Positions 35,937 through 45,147 of a stretch of DNA of 64,000 nucleotides are shown piece after piece. The position numbers and the translations under genes were made by a program. How positions within the stretch are numbered: the first letter of the stretch is position 1; each line of letters opens with the position of its first letter. The notes below the pieces were generated by a model. The model saw only the letters and a list, made by a program, of their open reading frames with translations, searched no databases and was not told the origin of the DNA. Origin of the DNA: Frankiales bacterium (GTDB taxonomy: Bacteria > Actinomycetota > Actinomycetes > Mycobacteriales > SCTD01); contig JAOPVP010000077.1 in NCBI GenBank assembly GCA_025966135.1, positions 3,756 to 67,755 on the forward strand, read 5' to 3'.

Positions 35937-37316
35937 GTGGGAGTGACGGTGGACAACGGCACGGCGTCGCGACGCGTTGTCATCGTTGGCAGCGGATTCG
36001 GGGGGCTGTTTGCGGCTAAGGCACTGAAGCGGGCGCGGGTCGAGGTGATCCTCGTGTCGCGCACCACCCACCACCTGTTCCAGCCGTTGCTGTACCAGGT
36101 GGCCACCGGGATCTTGTCCGAGGGTGAGATCGCCCCAGCGACCCGAGAGGTGCTGCGCGGACAGCACAACGCTCGCGTGCTGCTCGGCGATGTGATCGGC
36201 CTCGACCTCGCCACGCGGACCGTCACGTCTGACCTGCTGGGGGAGACCACGATTACCCCCTACGACTACCTGATTGTTGCGGCCGGGGCCACGCAGGACT
36301 ACTTCGGGAACCGCCATTTCGTCGACCATGCGCCGGGCATGAAGACAATCGAGGACGCGCTGGAGCTGCGGTCGTGCATTTTCGGCGCCTTCGAACTCGC
36401 CGAGGCGGCCACGGATCCGGCCGAGATCGATCGGCTGTTGACGTTCGTGGTCATCGGCGCTGGGCCTACTGGGGTCGAGATGGCGGGTCAGATCAGCGAG
36501 CTCGCCCGCCGGACGCTGCCCGGGGTCTATCGCAACATCGATCCGCGCGCCGCGCATGTCGTCCTGCTCGACGCAGCGCCCACCGTGCTGGCCAGCTTCG
36601 GCAACAAGCTGTCCGGTAAGACCGCCCGGCATCTGCGCAAGATCGGCGTGGAGCTGCGACTGTGCGCGAGGGTCGTGGACGTGGATGCGACCGGCGTGGA
36701 AGTAGAGGACCTCCAAGGCCGGCGCCGCATCCCTTCGTTGTGCAAGATCTGGGCCGCAGGCGTCGCCGCATCGCCGCTGGGCGCTCAGCTGGCTGCCCAG
36801 TCGGGGGCCAAGGTGGATCGGGCGGGTCGGGTGCAGGTCCAGGCGGATCTCACGCTGCCCGGATATCCGCGGGTGTTTGTTGTCGGCGACATGGTCAGCT
36901 TCCCTGGGCTGCCGGGTGTAGCGCAGGTCGCGATCCAGGGTGGTCGATACGCCGCCAACCAAATTGCTCGTGACTGCGCGGGCCTGCCGACCGGTCAGCC
37001 ATTTCGCTACCACGACAAGGGCAACATGGCCACTGTGTCACGCTCCTACGCGGTTGCAAGCATCGGCCCGCTACGCATCGCGGGTTTCGGTGCCTGGCTG
37101 CTGTGGCTGGTCGTGCACTTGATCTACCTGGTCGGGTTCAAAAACCGGTTCACCACTCTGGTCGACTGGGCGGTGGCCTTCATTGGTCGCGGGCGCTCCG
37201 AGCGAACGGTGATCACCCAACATGTCCTCTCCCGTAACGCCGCCCGACCACGACGCAACACGCACGATGACTCACCCACCGCCAGCCGGCAACACGCCCC
37301 CACACCCAAGCGGTGA
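35937..37316 (+). CDS. ndh: type II NADH:quinone oxidoreductase (NDH-2)
   Basis: 'RVVIVGSGFGGLFAAKAL...HHLFQPLLYQVATG' and 'FVVIGAGPTGVEMAGQI'. The C-terminal membrane-anchoring helix is present. GTG start is uncertain by a few codons. Confidence 0.88.
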   Translation: MGVTVDNGTASRRVVIVGSGFGGLFAAKALKRARVEVILVSRTTHHLFQPLLYQVATGILSEGEIAPATREVLRGQHNARVLLGDVIGLDLATRTVTSDLLGETTITPYDYLIVAAGATQDYFGNRHFVDHAPGMKTIEDALELRSCIFGAFELAEAATDPAEIDRLLTFVVIGAGPTGVEMAGQISELARRTLPGVYRNIDPRAAHVVLLDAAPTVLASFGNKLSGKTARHLRKIGVELRLCARVVDVDATGVEVEDLQGRRRIPSLCKIWAAGVAASPLGAQLAAQSGAKVDRAGRVQVQADLTLPGYPRVFVVGDMVSFPGLPGVAQVAIQGGRYAANQIARDCAGLPTGQPFRYHDKGNMATVSRSYAVASIGPLRIAGFGAWLLWLVVHLIYLVGFKNRFTTLVDWAVAFIGRGRSERTVITQHVLSRNAARPRRNTHDDSPTASRQHAPTPKR

Positions 37317-37520
37317 CTGTGGCCAGGCCGCGTCCGCCACGTCGACCAACTCTCGCTGGGTCCGATGGAGGACGCCGAACCTTCGCCGAGTAGCCGAGTC
37401 CGGTTGCTGGCGCTAGACCCCAATCGTCACGAGAGGATGGCTGCAACAAGCGCGCACACAACGCACGACCGCCGACGCGGCTCTCGGACCCTGGTGCCGC
37501 GCGCGGTTCGCCGCGACCAG

Positions 37521-37697
37521 TTACATGTGCTCGGAGACGCCCTCCGCGAACTCCCACCACTGCAGTGGGAGCCAGTCACCGCCGACGAATGCATCCAGCG
37601 TCGCCCCCTGACCGGTCAATAGCACGCTGGTTCCCGCTGGGTAGACGATGCCGGACAGCCCGGGCACCTGCACGAGCAGCGTCCCGATGCGTCGCAA
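37521..37697 (-). CDS. unlisted small ORF (58 aa), hypothetical protein
   Basis: TTG start with AAGGAG 7 nt upstream. 'LRRIGTLLVQVPGLSGIVYPAGTSVLLTGQGATLDAFVGGDWLPLQWWEFAEGVSEHM'. About 85% G/C at third positions by my count. Below the track's 60-aa cutoff. Confidence 0.45.
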   Translation of the reverse strand: MRRIGTLLVQVPGLSGIVYPAGTSVLLTGQGATLDAFVGGDWLPLQWWEFAEGVSEHM

Positions 37698-37898
37698 CTC
37701 GCTTCTCCTTCTTCGTGGTTCATCTATCTGGGGGATGACAGCAAAGCTGCGTCAAGGTTACGTGAGGTTGTGCGTGCCGGCAGCCAGCGATGGCGCCGCC
37801 CCTGCCCAGCAGCGTCGGGCCAGTCACTCGGCACCGGTCCCCGAGCAGACATGCGTGCGTCGAACGGGCGTCTGCATCACTGAGGAGAGTGGGCGCTG

Positions 37899-39032
37899 GT
37901 GAAGGCTGTCGTCTACAAAGCACCGTTCCAGGTAGCGGTCGAAGAGGTTGAAGATCCGCGGATCGAGCACCCGAACGACGTGATCGTCCGGATCACGACG
38001 ACGGCGATCTGCGGCTCGGACCTGCATATGTACGAGGGCCGCACGGCGGCCGAGCCCAACATCGTGTTCGGGCACGAGAACCTGGGCATCGTCGAGCAGG
38101 TCGGGTCGGGTGTTGTCTCGATCAGGCAGGGCGACCGGGTCGTGATGCCCTTCAACGTCGCCTGCGGCTTCTGCAAGAACTGCATCGCCGGCGACACCGG
38201 CTTCTGCCTCACCGTGAACCCCGGCTTCGCCGGTGGCGCCTTCGGGTACGTGGCCATGGGCCCTTACCAGGGAGGCCAGGCGGAATACCTGCGCGTCCCC
38301 TACGCCGACTTCAACTGCCTGAAGCTGCCCCCGGGTACCGACCATGAGTCCGATTTCGCGTTGTTGGCCGACATCTTCCCGACGGGCTATTACGGCTGCC
38401 AGCTGGCCGAGGTCTCCCCGGGCGAGAGTGTCGCCGTCTACGGCGGGGGACCGGTCGGTCTGATGGCCGCCTACTCCGCGCTCCTCCGAGGCGCCTCCAT
38501 GGTTCTGGTTGTCGACCGGGTGCCCGAGCGGCTGCAGAAGGCGGCCGAGATCGGGGCGATTCCCATCAACTTCCAGGAAGCCGACGCGGTCGAGCAGATC
38601 AGGCAGCACACGAACGGTGAAGGCGCCGACAAAGGCGTGGACGCCGTCGGGTACCAGGCACAGGCATCGACGGGCTCTCGAGAGGAGCCGGCCGTCGTGA
38701 TCAACTCGCTCATCCATGCCGTGAGAGCCACCGGAAGGCTCGGCGTCCCGGGCCTCTACGTCCCCGCGGATCCCGGTGCTCCGGACGAGTCGGCGAAACA
38801 CGGGATGCTCCTGGTTGCCGTCGGCAAGCTCTTCGAGAAGGGGCTGCGCATGGGCACCGGGCAGTGCAATGTCAAGCGCTACAACCGGCAGCTGCGCGAC
38901 CTCATCATCACCGGCCGGGCAAAGCCAAGCTTCGTCGTTTCCCACGAGCTGCCCCTCGACCAGGCACCGGTCGCGTACGAGAAGTTCGACAAGCGCATCG
39001 AGGGCTACACCAAGGTGCTTTTGCACCCGTAG
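37899..39032 (+). CDS. fdhA: zinc-dependent, glutathione-independent formaldehyde dehydrogenase-like alcohol dehydrogenase
   Basis: 'ICGSDLHMYEGRT...GHENLGIVEQVG...PFNVACGFCKNCIAGDTGFC' and 'VYGGGPVGLMAA'. GAGGAGAG lies upstream. Confidence 0.85.
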   Translation: MKAVVYKAPFQVAVEEVEDPRIEHPNDVIVRITTTAICGSDLHMYEGRTAAEPNIVFGHENLGIVEQVGSGVVSIRQGDRVVMPFNVACGFCKNCIAGDTGFCLTVNPGFAGGAFGYVAMGPYQGGQAEYLRVPYADFNCLKLPPGTDHESDFALLADIFPTGYYGCQLAEVSPGESVAVYGGGPVGLMAAYSALLRGASMVLVVDRVPERLQKAAEIGAIPINFQEADAVEQIRQHTNGEGADKGVDAVGYQAQASTGSREEPAVVINSLIHAVRATGRLGVPGLYVPADPGAPDESAKHGMLLVAVGKLFEKGLRMGTGQCNVKRYNRQLRDLIITGRAKPSFVVSHELPLDQAPVAYEKFDKRIEGYTKVLLHP

Positions 39033-39077
39033 CCATCAGGCCCGCGCGACAACGCCAACAGCGGCAGGAGGCGTCAC

Positions 39078-39470
39078 ATGGCAGCCAGGTTGAACGAACG
39101 AGGGTACGAGTACGCCCGTCGACTGATCGAGCAGGGGCGCGTAGTCCTCGACGACCGGGACGAGTGGAGCGAACACCGCCCGTCGGCCCAGCAAGAGAAC
39201 GGCTACATCGACGAGCACGGATTTGACGAGTACGGCCGTTGGTATCTCGGCGTCGACGACGAGGTGAACGGGAACACCAAGTCCCACTACAAGTTCCCGT
39301 ACGGCGACTTCGAGAAGGTGCACCGATGCGGCGTGCTGACCGCCGAGTCTCGGGCTGGGCAGCGCAAGTACGTCGACATCGAGCTCGCCGTCGCCCACCT
39401 GCACGGGATGCTCGAGGAGTTGATGCACACCGCCGGCGCCCGTCGTCAGACGCCGCGGCAACAGGCCTAG
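39078..39470 (+). CDS. uncharacterised conserved small protein, paralog B ('HYKFPYGDF' family)
   Basis: 130 aa with GGAGG upstream, 45 nt after the fdhA-like stop. Paralogous to 25983..26384 and in inverted orientation. Confidence 0.7.
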   Translation: MAARLNERGYEYARRLIEQGRVVLDDRDEWSEHRPSAQQENGYIDEHGFDEYGRWYLGVDDEVNGNTKSHYKFPYGDFEKVHRCGVLTAESRAGQRKYVDIELAVAHLHGMLEELMHTAGARRQTPRQQA

Positions 39471-39492
39471 CGATTCATCCAGCCGCCTCAGG

Positions 39493-40368
39493 TCATCCCC
39501 TGCGTTGGCGGCGGCGCCAATCGATCGGGCCTGGTCGGGCTGGCTCCGACCGCTCGCCCGGCCGGTAGGGCACCGGGATGTACTCCACGCTCGGGCGTCG
39601 GCCGCGGGGCTGGGGGTAGAGGCCCATCAACTGGCGCACCTCGTTGGGCAGATCCGCGGACACCGTGAGTCCGAGCGTGCGGGCCAGTTCGACGGTGATG
39701 GGGAAGTCGTGGGTCCAGCGTCCCTCGCTCAGGGTCTGGGCGAGCTCGTCAGCCTGCTCGGCGGGTAGCTGCCGGCGCAGCAGGCCGGCGGCGAAGTCGC
39801 GTACCTGAGTCTGCGCCTTTCGGGAGAGGTCGGCCAGGATGAAAGTCTTGTCATCGATCTCGTTGGGGTCCTTCTGCGCGATCGCATACAGGATCGAGGC
39901 GGCCGGGTACTCCCCGAGTTGCGGATCGATCGGGCCAAGCACCGCGGTGGGCGCCAACACGATACTGTCCGCGGCCAGCGCGATGAGCGTGCCGCCGCTC
40001 ATGGCGTAGTGCGGCACGAACACCGTGACGGGGGCGGGGTGCGCGGCCAGCGCGGAGGCGATCTGCTCAGCGGCAAGGACTAGTCCGCCCGGGGTGTGCA
40101 GCACCAACTGGATCGGCACCTGCTTACCAGTCATCTCGATCGCGCGGATGACCGCCTCGGAGTCGTCGATGTCGATGAAGCCGCCGAACGGGATCCCGAG
40201 GAAAGAGAACTGCTCACGGCGGTGGATCAAGGTGATCGCGCGCCCGCCGCACCGCTTTTCCAGCTTTCGCAACGTGTGAAGCCGTCGCGAGTCCAGGACC
40301 CGTTGCTGGAACAGCGGCTGCAGGCTGGAGATGATGAAGAACAACCAGAGCAGATCCAGTGGAGTCAC
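39493..40368 (-). CDS. SDH-family (serine dehydrogenase proteinase) Clp-fold serine protease
   Basis: N-terminal TM segment, then 'ITLIHRRE...IDIDDSEAVIRAI...PIQLVLHTPGGLVLAAEQIA...HYAMSGGTLIALAAD', typical of PF01972-type proteins. Confidence 0.7.
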   Translation of the reverse strand: MTPLDLLWLFFIISSLQPLFQQRVLDSRRLHTLRKLEKRCGGRAITLIHRREQFSFLGIPFGGFIDIDDSEAVIRAIEMTGKQVPIQLVLHTPGGLVLAAEQIASALAAHPAPVTVFVPHYAMSGGTLIALAADSIVLAPTAVLGPIDPQLGEYPAASILYAIAQKDPNEIDDKTFILADLSRKAQTQVRDFAAGLLRRQLPAEQADELAQTLSEGRWTHDFPITVELARTLGLTVSADLPNEVRQLMGLYPQPRGRRPSVEYIPVPYRPGERSEPARPGPIDWRRRQRRG

Positions 40369-40793
40369 GTCGGCCCTCCCTTTCTATCCGGAGATACTGA
40401 TGGGGACACGGACTGCCGCACCGACATCTGGCTCGAGTCCGCTCGAGGAGATGCCGCCGCCACGGTCCCGCACCGGCTTGTTGCCAACCGAATCGCCACC
40501 TTCGGGGATGAGTCCGAAATGTCGAGCCAGAATGTCCCGACTAGCGACTCCGTCTATCGCCTGGTCGGCGTAGGCGGTGTCCCCGGGCGCGGTTCAAGCC
40601 GCCCACGTCGACTATCCCCGCTGTGACGGCGTTGGCGCCACATCCCCGGTCGAACGCATTTGGACAACCATGTGGTCAGAGCGCCACGGGCCTCCGCCCC
40701 CATATCCCAAGCTTCCGCCGACGCGGGCCGGCCCGGTCGACTCCACAATTTCAGAGTGCAGTGCCTCTCGGGCGGCTGCGGCCGGCGTGAGAT

Positions 40794-41288
40794 TCAGCTG
40801 CTGGAGGACAGTCCCAGGCGCTGCCGGGCCGGCCGCAGCCAGCCGTCGAGCGCGTCGGGGGCGTCCCACTCGCTGTCGAGCAGGTAGAGACCAACGGTCG
40901 GCGTGCTGGCACCGATCTCGTTCAGCACCGGCTTGAGGAAGACCTCCGGCGCCAGCGCATGCTTCCAGTGCCCGCCGAGCATCAGGGGCACTGCCTGCAC
41001 GCCGGCCAGCGAGCCGGCACCAAAGCGGTCGAGGAACAGCTTCAGCAGGCCCGTGTAGGTGCCCTTGTACGTCGGACTCGCAACGATCACGAGCTCGCTG
41101 GCCTGGACCTGCTTCACCGCCTGGCTGACCTCCGCGTCCTCCCCGTCGAGCAGCCCGGCACCGTAGGTCGCCAGGTCGAGGTCGACGTCGGCGGGACGGC
41201 CGGTCAGCTCCCTCGCGAGCCGGAGGGCGGAGAGGCGGGTGCGCGACTGGGGCTTCGGGTTGCCGACGACGACGGTGACAGTCACCAC
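40794..41288 (-). CDS. NAD(P)H-dependent FMN reductase (SsuE/MsuE-like)
   Basis: 'VVVGNPKPQSRT...VIVASPTYKGTYTGLLKLFLD' flavodoxin-like reductase signature. The GTG start overlaps the hydrolase stop by 7 nt. Confidence 0.8.
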   Translation of the reverse strand: MVTVTVVVGNPKPQSRTRLSALRLARELTGRPADVDLDLATYGAGLLDGEDAEVSQAVKQVQASELVIVASPTYKGTYTGLLKLFLDRFGAGSLAGVQAVPLMLGGHWKHALAPEVFLKPVLNEIGASTPTVGLYLLDSEWDAPDALDGWLRPARQRLGLSSSS

Positions 41289-42028
41289 GCGCTGCTCTCT
41301 GCGCTGACGATCGGCACGAGCGACGACACGTCGCGAAGCGACTCCAGGAACGTGATGATCTCCGCGGCGACCGACCGGTGCTGCAGGTCGTTGAGCACGT
41401 CGTGATGGCCTCCGCGCACGATGACGAGCCGGGCACGGGGAAGGCCCTTGGCCGCCCGCGTGAGGGCGTCGCGGTCGGCGTACTCGTCGGCGTCGCCCAC
41501 GAGCAGCAGGTGCGGGACGTCGGCGATGCTGCCGTAGGCAGCGTCGAGCAGCGCAGCCGGGAGCGCCTCGTCGAGGGCTCCCCGCTGCAGCGCCGCGTCC
41601 TCGGACAGGACGTTGCGCTGGACCGTGCAGTGGGTCCTAGCGTCGAGCTCGTCGTCCCAGGCCTGGGCGTCGTGCGAGGCGTACCCGGGCAGGCCGGCGA
41701 GGACGACAGCGGCAGGTGACCACTCGGCTCGGGCTACCAGAGCGCCGACCGCTGCCGCACCGGAGTCGGAGCCGATCAGCACCAGCGGCGCGACCGGGTC
41801 CAGGTCTGCCACGGCCGCCGCGACCTGGTCGGCCAACCGGTCGAGCGACCCCTCGAGGTCGTCCACGTCGAGGACCGGGGTGTCGAGCACGCGAACGCGG
41901 TAGGAGTCGGCGGCGATGCGCGAGCCGAACCGCGTGTAGCTGCGCGCGGTCTCCCCGCGACCGGGCACGATGAGGACAGTTCCCCTGGTGCGCAAGCCTT
42001 CTGGGCCTACGTAGTCGTGGTCGGACAT
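41282..42028 (-). CDS. alpha/beta-fold hydrolase
   Basis: 'GTVLIVPGRGETARSY...VRVLD', nucleophile-elbow region 'LVLIGSDSGAAAV', C-terminal 'GGHHDVLND'. Confidence 0.65.
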   Translation of the reverse strand: MSDHDYVGPEGLRTRGTVLIVPGRGETARSYTRFGSRIAADSYRVRVLDTPVLDVDDLEGSLDRLADQVAAAVADLDPVAPLVLIGSDSGAAAVGALVARAEWSPAAVVLAGLPGYASHDAQAWDDELDARTHCTVQRNVLSEDAALQRGALDEALPAALLDAAYGSIADVPHLLLVGDADEYADRDALTRAAKGLPRARLVIVRGGHHDVLNDLQHRSVAAEIITFLESLRDVSSLVPIVSAESSAW

Positions 42029-42030
42029 GG

Positions 42031-43761
42031 TCAGACTCCTGCCAGTTGATCGAGCTTGCGAGGGGGTTCGAGGCCGGCGACGGCGAGACCGAGGACCACG
42101 TCCAGCACGGCACCCGCACCTGCCTCGGGCGTGCTGTCACCGCGCCAGGCCACGTGCTGGTCGGGGCGGATCAGGACGTTGCCGGCTGCGTAGAGCTCGC
42201 GCACCTCGGGACTGCTGAGGTGGATCACCGTGAAGCCCAGACCGCGGCGAGCCGCCTCGGCGACGAACGCGGCTTCGACGTCGCGGTCCGGCGTGAGGAC
42301 GAGCAGCGCGAGGTCGTTGCCGATGCGGTCGTAGAGCGTGCCGCCGTAGGGGTCGATGACGCCGTCGGGCGCGCGGTGACCCGGGCGGGCGTCGTCGACG
42401 TACACGTCCGGCCGCCAGGCGGGCTCGGACGCTAGCTGCCCGTCCTCGTACCAGAGGACGGTCGAGTCGTCGTAGCGCTCGTCGAACGTCACCCCTGTGG
42501 CGTCGATCCGATCGGCACCGAGCCGGGCGGCGATGTCGGCGCGTCGCTGGGCGGCCTCGGGGCTGAGGTCGGCGTCGTCAGGGACTCCGATCCGCCGGAT
42601 GTCGGCCAGCGCGACCTGCGACCGCTGGGCGCGCTTGAGGGCGAAGTCCGCGACCCGCCAGTTGTGCGGCCGGCGCTCCCGGTCATAGGAGTCGAGCAGC
42701 GCCTCCGAGGCCTGACCACCGAGTACGGCGGCGAGCTTCCAGCCGAGGTTCACGACGTCGCCGAAGCCCTCGCCGAGGTTGCCACCGGGGGTCCGCACAT
42801 GGGCGGCGTCACCGGTGAGCAGCACCCGTCCGGACCGGAACGTGCTGGCGATCCGGGTGGCTTGGTAGAAGGTCGTGGACGAGGCGATCTCGAGGTCGAG
42901 GTCGAACCCGAAGGCGGCCTGGGCCACCTCGACCAGCTCCTGCTCGGTAGGCGTGTGGTCCAGCGGGTACGGACCGGCGTAGACCCGCCACTCGCGGCTG
43001 CTGACCGCGGCGAGGAACCCCGACGCCTTGTCGTTGAAGACGATGTTGGTGCCGCTCGGAGCCGGGCCGACGCGGTCGGCGATGTCGCCGGTGCGGACGA
43101 TCAGCCGGAACCGCTTCTCGGTGGCGTGCTCGCCCTCGCGCTCGATGCCCGACAGCCGCCGGACCGTGCTGCTTCCCCCGTCCGCGCCGAGGACGTACTG
43201 GGACCGGACGGTGCGGGTCGTGCCGTGGTCGACGTCGAGCAGGTCGGCCTCGGCGCCGTGCTCGTCCTGCCGGAGCGCGATCAGCTGCCAGCCTCCGGCG
43301 ACGCTGACCCCGCGCTCGGCGAGATGGCCGAGGAACACCTGCTGCAGCGCGGACTGCGGACGCCGCAGGGCCTCCTCCGTCGAGTGGCGTCCGGATCCCT
43401 GACCGGTGAACGACGGCGCGCGGGTGGGAACCAGCTCGTGCCCGACGAGCGAGGTGACCAGGCGGATGCCCTTGTTCCACTCGGGAGGGAACGTCCACTC
43501 GTCACGGACGCGCTGCAGCACCCCCCAGCGCCGGAAGTGCTCGACGACACGGGGCGTGTGACCCATGGCGCCGGCCCGGATCAGGGTCGCGTTGCGCGCC
43601 CGGTCGACGACCGCGACCTTGACGCCGCGCCCACTCAGCTCGATGGCGGCGGAGAGCCCGACCGGCCCCGCGCCGACGACCAGGACGTCGACGTCAGCCG
43701 GCGGGGTCGCGACCGGGAAGTGCACGGTGTGGACGTCACGGCCACCAGTCAGCGCCGTCAC
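42031..43761 (-). CDS. FAD-dependent aromatic-ring-hydroxylase-type monooxygenase
   Basis: 'VDVLVVGAGPVGLSAAIELSGRGVKVAVVDR', 'LLTGDAAHVRTPGGNLGEGFGDVVNLGWKL', plus a C-terminal thioredoxin-like domain. 576 aa. Confidence 0.85.
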   Translation of the reverse strand: MTALTGGRDVHTVHFPVATPPADVDVLVVGAGPVGLSAAIELSGRGVKVAVVDRARNATLIRAGAMGHTPRVVEHFRRWGVLQRVRDEWTFPPEWNKGIRLVTSLVGHELVPTRAPSFTGQGSGRHSTEEALRRPQSALQQVFLGHLAERGVSVAGGWQLIALRQDEHGAEADLLDVDHGTTRTVRSQYVLGADGGSSTVRRLSGIEREGEHATEKRFRLIVRTGDIADRVGPAPSGTNIVFNDKASGFLAAVSSREWRVYAGPYPLDHTPTEQELVEVAQAAFGFDLDLEIASSTTFYQATRIASTFRSGRVLLTGDAAHVRTPGGNLGEGFGDVVNLGWKLAAVLGGQASEALLDSYDRERRPHNWRVADFALKRAQRSQVALADIRRIGVPDDADLSPEAAQRRADIAARLGADRIDATGVTFDERYDDSTVLWYEDGQLASEPAWRPDVYVDDARPGHRAPDGVIDPYGGTLYDRIGNDLALLVLTPDRDVEAAFVAEAARRGLGFTVIHLSSPEVRELYAAGNVLIRPDQHVAWRGDSTPEAGAGAVLDVVLGLAVAGLEPPRKLDQLAGV

Positions 43762-45104
43762 GACCGCACGTCCACGAGCTGGCGCGCGTGGGCGTTCTCC
43801 GGGACCGGCAGTCCGAGGTGACCGCGCAGGGTCTCGGCCTCGTACTCAGTGCGGAACAGGCCGCGTCCCTGCAGGATCGGGACAACACCGTCGACGAACA
43901 GCTCGAGCTCGGCGTTGGTGCGGAACGCGAGGTTGATGCCGTCGAAGGTGTCGGCCTCGAACCAGCTCTGGATGGTGTCCGCGACGGTCTGCGGCGAGCC
44001 GACGAACGGCGAGTGCTTGAAGTCCAACGCGGTCTCGACCACCTGGCGCAGCGAGAGGTTGTCGCGCCGCGCCCGCTCGATGATCTTCGCGGCGCCGGTG
44101 CGCCCGCCCTTCTCCGCCAGGTGGGCGACGTCCGGGAACGGCGCGTCCGGGTCGTACTGGCTGAAGTCGTGCGCGCCGAACCCGCGGCCGAGCAGGGCGA
44201 GGTTGCTCGCGAAGTCGTTGTCCTCCTCGAAGATCTCGCGCTCGCGACGCCGCGCGCCGTCATCGGTGGAGGCGACGATCGGGCCGCCGTGGATGAAGAC
44301 CTTGATGTGCTCGGGGTCGCGCCCGGCCTCGGCGGTGCGGCGCTTGATGTCGCGGTAGTACTCGTGCGCCGACTCCAGCGTGCCGCCCGGGGCGTAGATG
44401 CCCTCGGCGACCTGGGCAGCGAGGTTGCGTCCCTCCTCCGAGACGCCGGCCTGGAAGATCACCGGCTGGCCCTGCGGGGAGCGGGACAGGTTGAGCGGCC
44501 CGGCGACCCGGAAGTGCTCGCCGACGTGCTCAAGGGCGTGCAGCTTGCTCGGGTCCAGGAAGACACCTCTCTCCACGTCGGCCGGGAAGGCGTCGTCCTC
44601 GTAGGAGTCCCACAGGCCCCGGATGACCTGCACGGACTCCAGGGCGCGGCCGTACCGCGTCGTGTAGTCCAGGTGCTCGTCGAGCCCGAAGTTGCGCGAG
44701 GTCCCGGTGTCGAAGCTGGTCACGACGTTCCAGCCCGCGCGGCCGCCGCTGATGTGGTCCAACGACCCGAACCGGCGGGCCAGGTTGAAGGGCGAGTTGT
44801 ACGTCGAACTCGCCGTCCCGACGAGGCCGATGCGGCTGGTGTGGACCGCTACCGCGGAGAGCAGGGTGAGCGGCTCGAGGCGGTTCAGGTAATGCGACGG
44901 GTAGGTGCTGTTGATGAACTGGCTGTCGACGATGAACAGCGCGTCGAACAGCGCGTGCTCGGCCGCCTGTGCCTGCTGGATGTAGTAGCGGATGTCCGTG
45001 CTCGCGTTCTTGGCGATGCTCGGGTCCTTCCAGAGGCCGTGTTGGCCGGGACCGCCGACGCCGTACGGGTGCAGGGCGAGATGGAGCTTGCGGGTCAAGG
45101 TCAT
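43758..45104 (-). CDS. LLM-class flavin-dependent monooxygenase, NtaA/SnaA/DszA family (copy 1)
   Basis: 448 aa from the internal ATG. 'HGLWKDP...ALFDALFIVDSQF...LEPLTLLSAVA...LDHISGGRAGWNVVTS'. ATGA overlap with the FAD monooxygenase. Confidence 0.85.
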   Translation of the reverse strand: MTLTRKLHLALHPYGVGGPGQHGLWKDPSIAKNASTDIRYYIQQAQAAEHALFDALFIVDSQFINSTYPSHYLNRLEPLTLLSAVAVHTSRIGLVGTASSTYNSPFNLARRFGSLDHISGGRAGWNVVTSFDTGTSRNFGLDEHLDYTTRYGRALESVQVIRGLWDSYEDDAFPADVERGVFLDPSKLHALEHVGEHFRVAGPLNLSRSPQGQPVIFQAGVSEEGRNLAAQVAEGIYAPGGTLESAHEYYRDIKRRTAEAGRDPEHIKVFIHGGPIVASTDDGARRREREIFEEDNDFASNLALLGRGFGAHDFSQYDPDAPFPDVAHLAEKGGRTGAAKIIERARRDNLSLRQVVETALDFKHSPFVGSPQTVADTIQSWFEADTFDGINLAFRTNAELELFVDGVVPILQGRGLFRTEYEAETLRGHLGLPVPENAHARQLVDVRS

Positions 45105-45147
45105 GCGGGGGGTTCCTCTCGTGGGGCATGCTCTTCGGGAGTGCCGT

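Noticed and set aside
40369-40793. 425-bp apparently empty region after the FMN reductase. One minus frame reads 'YADQAIDGVASRDILARHFGLIPEGGDSVGNKPV...'.
   Set aside because: The frame has no usable start codon after its upstream stop, and I recognise no family. It is possibly a decayed remnant, but that is unsupported.
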